Below are positions 29,299 through 39,300 of a stretch of DNA of 64,000 bases, piece after piece. The notes under the pieces were generated by a model. It saw only the letters and a program-made list of their open reading frames with translations, had not been told where the DNA came from and searched no databases. Location of the stretch: the NCBI GenBank assembly GCA_019748235.1, contig JAIEPU010000111.1, positions 1,565 to 65,564 on the forward strand. Direction: 5' to 3'. Position 1 is the first letter of the stretch, and each line of letters begins with the position of its first letter. The position numbers and the translations under genes were made by a program. This DNA is from a bacterium. Lineage in GTDB: Bacteria; Planctomycetota; Planctomycetia; Kolteriales; Kolteriaceae.

Positions 29299-31194
29299 TC
29301 ACTTGAGAGACGGCACGGCTTTCGGATGCTGGGCCGATTCAAGATTCTCGACCCGATAGGTCCGCACCATTTCACGACTGGTGGGATCGTTTGACAGCGG
29401 CATCACCAACCATTCTCTAAGTCGCCAATGTCCAAACTCGAGCGGCACTGAGTTTCGGCCGGTGGCCTCGGCAATCAAGCGGTCCGAAAGGATGACGAAT
29501 TCAATCTTTTCGAATCGATCAAGCGTACCGTGCAAACCGTCGAATGAAAAGTTACCGACCCACGGCCAACGATTCCCCTTCTCCATTCCCGCATAAAACG
29601 ACGAAACAAACGAGGGGTCAATCACGTTCGAAGCATTCGCCACTTCCCGATGTAGCCGATCTCCCATTGATTTAAGCCCCGCGATCGGACGATTCAGCGG
29701 TTGGCGAGCCCCCGCCACTCCAAGCGCAATGACCAAAGGAACGATGCAACTGATGCACGCGAATTCCGCGGTACAAGGCCATGCAATCGCATGTCCTGTC
29801 AAGTAACGGCGGAAAGCAGACAGTCCGTCTCGCAAGAGATGGCAAAGTAACAAGCAGCCTGACCAAGCCCAGATCGACGTTAAACAGAATCCGGGCATGA
29901 CATGTCTAATATCGAGGTAGCCGCAAAGCGCGAAGAGAACGAATGGAAGTCCAAGGAAGTTCGCGATTCCCGCACCACCGACCAACAAATGATCTATTCG
30001 AGTGAAGAATCGCATCGATCCACTGAAGGGGGCCATCAGTAACGGCAGCACAAAGACATAACCTGCCAGGGATGCCCAAAGTTTTCCAAAGAGGATAAGA
30101 CCTGTCCCGTACGCGGGCAGCAACAGACTCAGGCTTCGTCGGCTTTCTGTTTTGAACGATGGAACAAAACGAGCCGTGACTGGTTTTTGAGGAACAGTCT
30201 GCGGTGAAATCCTCGTTTGCCCTTCCACTTGGTGACTGGACACAGGAGGTGCCGTCACAGAAGCTGCGATATGCGGTGCTCGTATCGGCGGAACCTCAAG
30301 GTTCTTCGCGTCGACCACAGCAGTCGCGGCCGGCTTGGTAAAGAGAAAAGACTTCTTGGTAAGCGCGGACCCTTTTATCACGGTGTAGGGGAGAACGAGT
30401 AAAGCGAGAGGCAGCATAAGTGCCGCCAACGAGATCGCAGGACGAAGTGAAAGCTTTCGAAATTCCGCCACGCTGAGAGCGAACCAAATCACTCCCATTC
30501 CCAAGGCTAGCTGAATTGCTTCAGGCCGAATGAGATAACCCATCCCCGCGAAAAATGAGCCCCAGAGCATGTATCCCGATTGCCGAGTTCGAAGCGACCG
30601 GGAGTAAAAGATCGCAGACAAAAGCATGAAGGCAACTGCAGGAGCATCGGAGAGAGCATCCGCGCCGATTCGGATAACAGGAGGCGAGAAGCCAACGATG
30701 GCGGCTCCCATCAATCCCGAGGCGGGATTCAACAAATCCGTTCCGAGCCGATACACCGCGAGGATGATAACCGCGAGTCCTAAAAGGCTCACGATTTGAG
30801 CGCTCCGCGTCCATGACATCACGGAATCGTCGGGATAGAAACTGGAGAGGAAGGAATTGACTCCCGCAATCATCGCGGCAAAACCGGGGTGTTGAGAATT
30901 ACGCTGGACGACCTCGATCATGGGAGAATGTTGGGACAGCCAACCCTGAACGGACTCGGCAGGTTGATGATCAGCAATCCACCACTTCGCCTCGCTCAAT
31001 TCCCTCGCATATCGAATGAAAACAACACTGTCGTAAGTTAGGGAATCTGCATGTGAGATCACCCAGCATGCACAGAACAATGAACCCAAGAGGACTAAAA
31101 GAACACCGATATTGAATGAGTGAAAAGAAGTGACCGCCGGTTTCTGGTCCGTAGACCGGGCCGCTCGATATTCAGGAGTCGTTGACTCAGTCAT
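29299..31194 (-). CDS. Polytopic membrane protein, GT-C (ArnT/PMT_2-like) glycosyltransferase candidate
   Basis: About 12 hydrophobic segments. The early-loop pattern (DSVVFIRYARELS...QHPGFAAMIAG...VYRLG) resembles GT39/83 enzymes. A soluble C-terminal domain follows. Tentative. Confidence 0.5.
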   Translation of the reverse strand: MTESTTPEYRAARSTDQKPAVTSFHSFNIGVLLVLLGSLFCACWVISHADSLTYDSVVFIRYARELSEAKWWIADHQPAESVQGWLSQHSPMIEVVQRNSQHPGFAAMIAGVNSFLSSFYPDDSVMSWTRSAQIVSLLGLAVIILAVYRLGTDLLNPASGLMGAAIVGFSPPVIRIGADALSDAPAVAFMLLSAIFYSRSLRTRQSGYMLWGSFFAGMGYLIRPEAIQLALGMGVIWFALSVAEFRKLSLRPAISLAALMLPLALLVLPYTVIKGSALTKKSFLFTKPAATAVVDAKNLEVPPIRAPHIAASVTAPPVSSHQVEGQTRISPQTVPQKPVTARFVPSFKTESRRSLSLLLPAYGTGLILFGKLWASLAGYVFVLPLLMAPFSGSMRFFTRIDHLLVGGAGIANFLGLPFVLFALCGYLDIRHVMPGFCLTSIWAWSGCLLLCHLLRDGLSAFRRYLTGHAIAWPCTAEFACISCIVPLVIALGVAGARQPLNRPIAGLKSMGDRLHREVANASNVIDPSFVSSFYAGMEKGNRWPWVGNFSFDGLHGTLDRFEKIEFVILSDRLIAEATGRNSVPLEFGHWRLREWLVMPLSNDPTSREMVRTYRVENLESAQHPKAVPSLK

Positions 31195-31351
31195 TTACAC
31201 CGGACCCGGATGATATTCACGCTGTGGGGTGCTCGGCGCGCAGGATCTCCCTGGCCGATGCTTCGGTGTACGCCTCTTCGGAAAAGGTGTCAAGGCAAAG
31301 AGCGGAGATGTGATGCGTCGAATCTTATTGCTGCGATTTGATTTAGAATGA

Positions 31352-32782
31352 TCAAGCGATGATGTCGTGGACGACGTTTCCGTGCACATCCGTCAATCGC
31401 ATGTCGCGGCTGCTGAAGCGGAAGGTCAATCGCTTATGATCGATTCCGAGTAAGTGAAGCATCGTCGCGTGCAGGTCGTGCATCATCACTTTATTTTCGA
31501 TCGCGAAATAACCATAGTCGTCTGTTGCTCCGTAAGCCATCCCTCCCTTGATTCCACCCCCAGCCATCCAAATGGTGAATCCGAACGGATTGTGATCTCG
31601 ACCGTCTGACCCTTGAGCCATGGGCGTCCGTCCGAATTCACCTGCCCAGACAACGAGCGTTTCGTCGAGCAAACCCCTGGCTTTCAGATCTTTGAGCAAC
31701 GCCGCGATCGGTTGGTCCACCGCGAGCGAATTCTTTTGGTGACCGTCTTTTAAGTTACTGTGCTGATCCCACCGATCCGCGCCGACGCTGGGACACGTGA
31801 GCTCGATGAATCGAACACCTCGTTCGACGAGGCGGCGAGCGATCAAACAAAGACGGCCATAGATCTGCGTTGGCGGAAACGAATGATCCAATCCATAGGC
31901 GTGCCATGTTTCTTTTGTTTCGCCGTCAATGTTCATCAGAGAAGGAACCGCGGACTGCATCCGGAAAGCAAGTTCGTAGTTCGCGATCGCTGCTTCAACC
32001 TCGTTCTCGTTAGGCCTCTCCGCAATGAACCCCTGATCGAGCTCACTGATAAATCGCAGCTTCTGTCGTTGTTTGTCGAGCGATCCGTCAGCCGGCTGAA
32101 TATTGGCCACTGGATGCGCGCCCGTCTTGAAAATGGAGCCTTGATAGGTAGCTGGCAGGAAACCGCTGTGGAAATTATCGGTGCCACCTCGCGGGATCAG
32201 CCCCCCATCAAGAACGACATAGCCAGGCAACTCATCACATTCTGTCCCGAGCCCGTACGTCACCCAAGACCCCATACTCGGGCGACCCTGTAAGCCGGAG
32301 CCGGTGTGAAGGAAATAGTTCGCGAACGTGTGTTCAGAAAAGTTCGACACCATCGAACGGATAATTGCGAGATCATCAATGCATGTCGCGACGTTTGGGA
32401 AGAGTTCGCTGACGGGAAGGCCACACTCGCCATGCTGCGAGAATTTCCACGGTGATTTCAATACGGTTCCCACGTTGTCGAACTGCGTGGCCGGTACTTT
32501 CGCGAGTTTGATCGGCTGGCCATGTTCTTTGTCTAAGCGGGGCTTCGGATCAAAGGTATCGAGCTGCGAAGGTCCGCCATCCATGTAGAGGAAAATCACG
32601 CTCCGCGCTTTCGGAGGATGGTGAAATTCCTTCAAGATTCCGCCAACCGGTATCGCGTTCGAATGGGCGAATGACTTATTCGTGAGTAAGGAAGTGAGCG
32701 CGACGGCGCCGAAGCCATTGGCCGCTTGTGTCAACATCTGGCGGCGCGAAATCGGTCGATGAGACCCGTCACAACAAAACAT
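31352..32782 (-). CDS. DUF1501 domain protein (sulfatase/alkaline-phosphatase-like fold) with a Tat-type leader
   Basis: SRRQMLTQAANGFGAVALTSLL resembles a twin-arginine leader. VIFLYMDGGPSQLDTFDPKP and GEFGRTP...GRDHNP are hallmark DUF1501 motifs. Confidence 0.9.
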   Translation of the reverse strand: MFCCDGSHRPISRRQMLTQAANGFGAVALTSLLTNKSFAHSNAIPVGGILKEFHHPPKARSVIFLYMDGGPSQLDTFDPKPRLDKEHGQPIKLAKVPATQFDNVGTVLKSPWKFSQHGECGLPVSELFPNVATCIDDLAIIRSMVSNFSEHTFANYFLHTGSGLQGRPSMGSWVTYGLGTECDELPGYVVLDGGLIPRGGTDNFHSGFLPATYQGSIFKTGAHPVANIQPADGSLDKQRQKLRFISELDQGFIAERPNENEVEAAIANYELAFRMQSAVPSLMNIDGETKETWHAYGLDHSFPPTQIYGRLCLIARRLVERGVRFIELTCPSVGADRWDQHSNLKDGHQKNSLAVDQPIAALLKDLKARGLLDETLVVWAGEFGRTPMAQGSDGRDHNPFGFTIWMAGGGIKGGMAYGATDDYGYFAIENKVMMHDLHATMLHLLGIDHKRLTFRFSSRDMRLTDVHGNVVHDIIA

Positions 32783-32812
32783 TCGGCTCTACCTCTTTCG
32801 CATTATCTTCCG

Positions 32813-35800
32813 CTAGGGGATGAAAATGAATTCCTTTGCATTCACCATTGAATGACAGACCATCGTCCAGACTTTGATTTCCTGATCCCTATCCGCGATG
32901 ATTCCCTCCGATTCGACGAACGCTTTGAGACGATTCATTTCATCGGCACACACCGGTCGACCAAATGCCTCCTGATAGGCGCGGGCGACCCGCTCATCAA
33001 ATTTTGGCACATCGTTGACTAGATGCGTCGCCCAATGGTGGCATTGATCCAGGATGAACTGATCATTCAACATGGAGAGCGCCTGAGCGGGGACGTTGGA
33101 CGTGTTACGACGGCCTATCGTCGTCTGCGGCAGCGGGTAGTCAAATGCAAGGAGAAGCGGCGATAGAAAATTGCGCCGAACTTTAAGGTATACACTACGC
33201 CGACCTGCTCCGTCGATCGGGCCCGAACTGGGAGGACGGCCAATCGGCGGCATGAAATCAGTCAAATAGGGATCGATGCCTGGACCTTCCATCCTCGAGT
33301 CGAAACGACCAGAGACCACGAGAAGGGAATCACGAACCGCCTCCGCTTCCAGCCGTCGAAGCGGCATACGTGTCAGATACTCATTCCGGGGATCTCGTTC
33401 ACGGACCTCTTTCGCAGTGGAACTGCTCATTTGATAGGTATTGCTCTCGAGCATCACCCGGTGTAGCTGCTTCGTGGACCAACCCGATTCCATCAACTCT
33501 ACCGCAAGCCAATCGAGCAGCTCTGGATGGGAGGGAGGCTGCCCCATTTTTCCAAAGTCATCCGGCGACCGAACGATTCCCTCGCCGAAGTGATGTTTCC
33601 AAATTCGATTCGCCCACACTCGACTGAGCAGAGGATTCTCCGAGTTCGTCAATCGTTTGCTCAGTTCAAGACGTCCGCTTCCCTTCTCGATGGGTAGATC
33701 ATCGGGACCATCAATAACCTCGAGAAAGCGTCTTGGAGCGACGGCTGCCAAAGTTTTGTGGTTCCCTCGAATGAAAACAAATTCGTTCTCCCCCGTTCCC
33801 TCGGCCAAACTCGGCGCGTAGGTCGGACGTTCCCATGAATGTTGAAGCTGCTCGATCTTGCTCGTGATTTCCGCGAGTTTCTGAATTGTTTCTGAGGACA
33901 GGCTCTCTGGAGTTTCTGAATCCAATAACCCCATGATCAAAAGAGAATCGAACAATTGGTAGGCACGCAAAGTCCCTTCCGTCACGGGATGGGATGTATC
34001 GCGAACGATTTGAAAGACTTCTTGAAAGGCACCCTGATAACGGGACATCAATTCTGTCGAGGACGTGGGAATCGGCTCTTTCAGCACTTCGAGATTTAGC
34101 GGATGCACCGCCTGGATTGGGGAATTTGATTGGGAGGAGAATACGATCTCGCGCGCCGAGAAATATCCCTCCGCCGGTGTCCCTTCATTTGGACCGTGAG
34201 AAAGATCCGCGATCCCTTGATCGACGAATTCAATATAGGCGCGATGCCCGATCCATTTACTGACATTGAACGTCCGCCAGGAGGGGTGATCGTCATTCAG
34301 TCGAATGGTGAGTCCGCCGTAGATTGGATCTCGGATAATGGGAAAGCCATCGATAATGACGTTAATTCGAGCTCCCCGTCCTCCGGCGTTGACGTGGATG
34401 AAGTTCTTTTCAATGACGAACGTCTCCGACCGGAGTGTTCCCTCAAGTTCTTTGGCGATCGCTGAACTGTCCGACCAACGGGCTTCCGTAAGACGGACGA
34501 CTCCCTTCTCTCCCTTCATGCCGGGAACGAAGAGGGGCCGAATTATCACATCACCACGGAATGCATCTCCTTCTCTTTTCCAACGTGGTCGCTCTTCCGG
34601 GGAGAATGTTGCAAATATCGTCTCCCGTGAAGTAGCCGCCTTCGTTGCCTGCTCCGTTAGTTTCGACCGAATGAGGGCTGCTCGCTCTGCAAACGATGGT
34701 CCAACTGCCGTCGAGGGATCGTCTTTCAAGATCTTCGCCACGTAGAACGGATTCTCCGCCGACCATTCTTTGGGAGAGACAGACTTCTCTTGAAGCCGGG
34801 CCGAAGACTGGTGAACCTGTGGCTCCCAATGGGGCATCATCGTCTGGCGAGCGAGTTCATCGGCCGAGGTTCTTTCGCGCTGTAAATCATCCAGACGACG
34901 ATGTTGCTGCTCGTCATTGCCGATGGGCCGCTGGTCATAACGCGAGCTCTTTAAGAAGCCGGCGAGTGCGTAGTAATCCCTCTGAGATATCGCATCGAAC
35001 TTGTGATCGTGGCATCGAGCACAAGCGACTGATTGCGCGAGAAACGTTTTTGACAAGACATCGATTTGATTATCGATGCGGTCCGCCTGGGCCTGTCTGA
35101 CGTCAACGGGAGAATGCGATGCCTCGCCAAACCAAAAGAAAGCCGGGGCAATACCTGACTCTTTTATTCCTCTCGTCAATTCAATTCGTTGAGGCACCAG
35201 TAAGTCACCCGCGATATGCTCCTTGACGAAGACATCGTATGGGAGATCCTGGTTCAGCGCCCGGATTACATAGTCTCTGTAATGCCATGCTTCTGGCAGT
35301 TCAAAATCGAACTCATGTCCAAGCGTTTCAGAATAACGAACTAGATCGAGCCAGTGGCGTCCCAAGCGTTCGCCGTAACGAGGCGACGCCAACAACAGAT
35401 CGATGCGCCGTTCGTAAGCATCCGGACGTTCGTCTGAGACAAATTCATCGATTTCACCTGGCTCGGGAGGTAGCCCCGTCAAATCAAAGGTCATCCGTCG
35501 CAATAATACCAATCGTTCCGCGTGAGGCGCCGCCGTCAGACCCTTGTCGTCACGGGCCCTCTCGATGAAGGTATCGACGGGAGACTCGAGGCTATCCCTG
35601 TTCTTCACCATCGGCAGAGAAGGCCGCTTGACGGGTTGATAAGCCCAATGGTGTTTCCGATCTTCGATGCTGAACTCTATGGCGGAAACTCCGGCTGGAG
35701 ACACGACATCACCCTTCGGAAGTGACGCACCCCGCCCGATCCATTCAGTAATCAGTCGAATTTCATCGTCAGAGATTTTGCCTTGCGGCGGCATTTGAAA

Positions 35801-36109
35801 ACCTTCGACCTGATAGCCGATGGCTTCGATCAGCAGACTCTCGCCCGGCTTCGCAGGAACGAAGGGAACACCCTGTTCGCCCCCCTTTGCGATGGCAGCG
35901 GGATGATCAAGCCGAAGTCCCCCCTTTTGTTTGTCGGGCCCATGACACTCCACACAGCGAGCAACAAAAATCGGCCGGATATGCTTCTCAAAGAATTCAA
36001 TCGACGCTGATTCATCACTGGAGACATCTTCGGACCATGAAGGTGCCGCCAAGCAGTGGAGCATCGGCAAAACACTCAAGATCAATATTCGATGAATCGC
36101 GTGCGACAA
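32813..36109 (-). CDS. PSCyt1/DUF1549/DUF1553 (PSD1) protein with a c-type haem motif
   Basis: It has a signal peptide. The PSCyt1 motif is FFEKHIRPIFVARCVECHGPDKQKGGLRLD (CxxCH at 35942-35956). The DUF1549 motif is CARCHDHKFDAISQRDYY. The DUF1553 C-terminus is RRSVYLKVRRNFLSPLLLAFDYP...QALSMLND. Confidence 0.9.
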   Translation of the reverse strand: MSHAIHRILILSVLPMLHCLAAPSWSEDVSSDESASIEFFEKHIRPIFVARCVECHGPDKQKGGLRLDHPAAIAKGGEQGVPFVPAKPGESLLIEAIGYQVEGFQMPPQGKISDDEIRLITEWIGRGASLPKGDVVSPAGVSAIEFSIEDRKHHWAYQPVKRPSLPMVKNRDSLESPVDTFIERARDDKGLTAAPHAERLVLLRRMTFDLTGLPPEPGEIDEFVSDERPDAYERRIDLLLASPRYGERLGRHWLDLVRYSETLGHEFDFELPEAWHYRDYVIRALNQDLPYDVFVKEHIAGDLLVPQRIELTRGIKESGIAPAFFWFGEASHSPVDVRQAQADRIDNQIDVLSKTFLAQSVACARCHDHKFDAISQRDYYALAGFLKSSRYDQRPIGNDEQQHRRLDDLQRERTSADELARQTMMPHWEPQVHQSSARLQEKSVSPKEWSAENPFYVAKILKDDPSTAVGPSFAERAALIRSKLTEQATKAATSRETIFATFSPEERPRWKREGDAFRGDVIIRPLFVPGMKGEKGVVRLTEARWSDSSAIAKELEGTLRSETFVIEKNFIHVNAGGRGARINVIIDGFPIIRDPIYGGLTIRLNDDHPSWRTFNVSKWIGHRAYIEFVDQGIADLSHGPNEGTPAEGYFSAREIVFSSQSNSPIQAVHPLNLEVLKEPIPTSSTELMSRYQGAFQEVFQIVRDTSHPVTEGTLRAYQLFDSLLIMGLLDSETPESLSSETIQKLAEITSKIEQLQHSWERPTYAPSLAEGTGENEFVFIRGNHKTLAAVAPRRFLEVIDGPDDLPIEKGSGRLELSKRLTNSENPLLSRVWANRIWKHHFGEGIVRSPDDFGKMGQPPSHPELLDWLAVELMESGWSTKQLHRVMLESNTYQMSSSTAKEVRERDPRNEYLTRMPLRRLEAEAVRDSLLVVSGRFDSRMEGPGIDPYLTDFMPPIGRPPSSGPIDGAGRRSVYLKVRRNFLSPLLLAFDYPLPQTTIGRRNTSNVPAQALSMLNDQFILDQCHHWATHLVNDVPKFDERVARAYQEAFGRPVCADEMNRLKAFVESEGIIADRDQEIKVWTMVCHSMVNAKEFIFIP

Positions 36110-36280
36110 CGAATACTCCCCGACCAGCTGGTCAATTCAACCCTCACCGTTTAAGAAAGAGAGCTATTGGATGAACGGATCCGTCGCGCCTTCACCGGAT
36201 ATTCTCCGGTGTGTCGGCTCCTTCATGGTACTTCACAAGAGAGAGGACGGTCAAATGCCTCTTCCGCAACAAGAAATGAT

Positions 36281-36315
36281 CCGGGAGCAGTCTCCTATTC
36301 GAAGTCTGCTCCCGG
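36281..36315 (-). terminator. Putative intrinsic terminator of the giant gene
   Basis: Perfect 10-bp GC-rich inverted repeat CCGGGAGCAG / CTGCTCCCGG with a 15-nt loop, 40 nt downstream of the stop. On the minus strand it is followed by ATCATTTCTTGTT. Confidence 0.5.
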
Positions 36316-36354
36316 TGGGCTGGGAGAAAGAAGAGAGCTCTTACCGATGAGCGG

Positions 36355-39300
36355 CTAAAGCTTCAGCGAATCGATGATGTCCTCATTCAAGTGAGCATCA
36401 TTGACCGTGTCGATTGTGGCCGTGGCGAGAATCCAATCCCCATCCGTGTCGCTTCCAGCGAAGACAGAATCGATCGCGTTATCCTCCAGCACGTTGGCCC
36501 CTTGATATCCAGATCCGCCCGGAATCAGGAATGTGAATGCATTGGCGCCGTCCAATCGCTTACCGAAAATCGAATCTCGCCGAACCGTGAAGGAACGATC
36601 GCTGACCCATTCTCGCTGGATGTTTTGGAACGCCGCGACGTCCAGGTTCGTCGTGTATCCCGCGATGACGAGATCACTCCCCGTGCCGCCCGAGACACTA
36701 TCTGATCCACCGCCGCTATAAATAACGTCATTCCCAGATCCACCGTCGATGGAATCATTTCCACCTTTGTCAACGGAAACACTCGGACTATCTCCAAATA
36801 GGAGATCATTACCGGCTCCGCCCAGAATGGTATCACCTGTCGGTCCCATTCCTTCCGATCCGTCAGCCATCACCGTATCGTCACCGTCGCCGGCATCGAT
36901 ATAGTCGCTTTCCCCTTCGCCGCCATCTCCGTCACCATAAATGACGTCATTCCCCGTTCCGCCGTAGATCGTATCTTTTCCAAGGCTGTTACGGGTGAGT
37001 GAGATTCCCTGTTTACTCGGTGCATCGCCGAAAATAACGTCTTGCCCTGCGCCACCGTCGATATTGTCATTGCCAAGTCCGCCCCAGATAGTGTCGTCAC
37101 CATCACTACCTAGGATGGTGTCATCGACATAACCGCCGAGAAGCGAATCGTTCCCCGTTCCTCCATCGATCGACACGGCCGTATAGCGAACATCCTTCGC
37201 ATTGATGAGGTCGTTACCGCCGTATCCATAGGCTTCGACATGGCCTGTAATGTTCGTGAACTGATAGGTTTGATTGACCGCAACGCCGTTCAAGATGGAG
37301 ACGAGCACCGTGATCGGACCACCCTTTGTATCTTGAGTGATCGTGATGTTATCCGTTCCATCTGAACCGACGATGATCAGGTCATTTGTCCCAGGGTCTT
37401 GTGGATTGGGATCCACAAAGATTCCCCCCACGAAAACCGCGGTCGATGCAACATCGCTGACTCCGCCATCCTTATCGGTCGCGGTGACATTCACGGTTTG
37501 CCAACCGGCCTCGTAGAAAATGTGCGATACGACAAGTCCGCTCGGTCCTACGACCGTTTCATCTGTGACGCCATCGCCGTTCCAGTCGATATCGAAGGTG
37601 AACAACGCGCTCTCATCGACAGTACTCGGATCAGTGGCGCTGAGCGTGATGGATTGCTGGATACCACCGACGACGACGCTTGGAGCATAGATAGTCGCGG
37701 TCGGCGCCAAATTGCCGACGTCAACAAGGAACGTGCGAATCGTCCGCAATCGTGAGTCAGAACTATCGACGGCTTCGATCGTAATCGGCATGAGGCCGTT
37801 GTAATTATCAGGGGGAGTCCACTTGAAAGCCCCGGTCTTGCTGTCGATCGTCGCCCCTGCTGGAGCAACGGCCAGATTGTAAGTGACGTTGCCTCCCACT
37901 CCCGATATCGATGAGACGCTGAATTGAACGGTGTTACCTTCACCGAGAACAGCCTGCGAGATGGCATTAATCACCGGTGCGCCGGCGGACCCGCTTTGAA
38001 TACCGCCCGTAATCAGCGTTCCCTCCGAATTGTTCTGGTACGACGGATCGCTCAGGAGCAAGAGAGCATAGGCTCTTCTTCCCGCAACGGTGTCACCGCC
38101 GTTCGCATTCACGAAATTCTTCCCCGCCGTGATATCAGAGGCCGACGGGGTTTCGAGAAGCACTTGACGGAAGGCATTCTCGACAAATGTATCAAGCGTT
38201 CCACCCGAATTCGTTCTAAAGTCGATGGACGCCAAAACGTCAGCTCGTGCCTCGTTCTCTGTCTCACCGCTCTTTAGCGATTGAACCAGAGCCTGAACCT
38301 TCGCCGGATCCACCTGACTCTTGCTGAGTTGCAAGTACTCGCGATAAATCGATTCCGCCAGTTGCGTGTAAATGTAATCGCTCGTCGTGACAACGGACTT
38401 CACCAAGTCGCGATCCGACAGATTGACACTTGCATTCAATTCCGTCGTCGTCGGAGTGCGACCAAGGAACTTGACGTAAGCCTGCGTCACCTGACTTTGC
38501 TTGAAGGCGAGCGATGCAAGGATACCGCCATCGGAATTGTTGGAGATAATCCAGCGACGACCACCCTCGAAGACATTTTGAACCTGGGCATTGAGCTGCG
38601 CGGTCGTGAGAGTCACTCCCGGCAGGAGGACGGCATACACGCGCTGGACGTAGCTCGTCACGGCCGCTCGATGAGCCGCGTTGTTGAAGTTGAGACTTAA
38701 ATCGGGCGGAAGCTGTGCAAACTCATCGCTCGTTAAGAGCGAGATACGAGCTTGGTTGAATGATCCCGTGGTGATGAACTGAGCACTATACGTCGCGATC
38801 TCTTGGGGAGTCGCGGCTCGGCCCAGAATGCTCTTCACCAGCGCGGAAGCAGCCCCGGTCGCGAACTCGGTCGATCCCACGATCGCCTGGGCCATCAACG
38901 GGAACGTCACCAGTGATTCGATCGGACTGAATTGATCAGTCGTTTCGTTCAACACGCCGTCACGGCCTAACAAATCATTGAACAGGCTGCTGACGTACGC
39001 TCGAGCAAACGTCGCACGTGGACCGATCAAGGACGACGCCGTGATGACTTGGCCGTACTCGTTCGTCACGGTGATCGTCAACGACTCGCCATTCAGATCG
39101 ACCGGAAGCAGCTTATTGAAGCTGAGCAATCCGCTCGCACTGACGAACAGTGTGGTATTGATCAGTTGGGTGCTCGCGCCCGAAGGATCGACCTTTGCGT
39201 CCACCGTTACGGTCAACTTGCTGAGAGGATCTCCCTGCAAATTGAAGCCGATATAAGTTTGTCCGCCAAAGTCGGAGAGCCCGAGGTTTGCAATAAAGAT

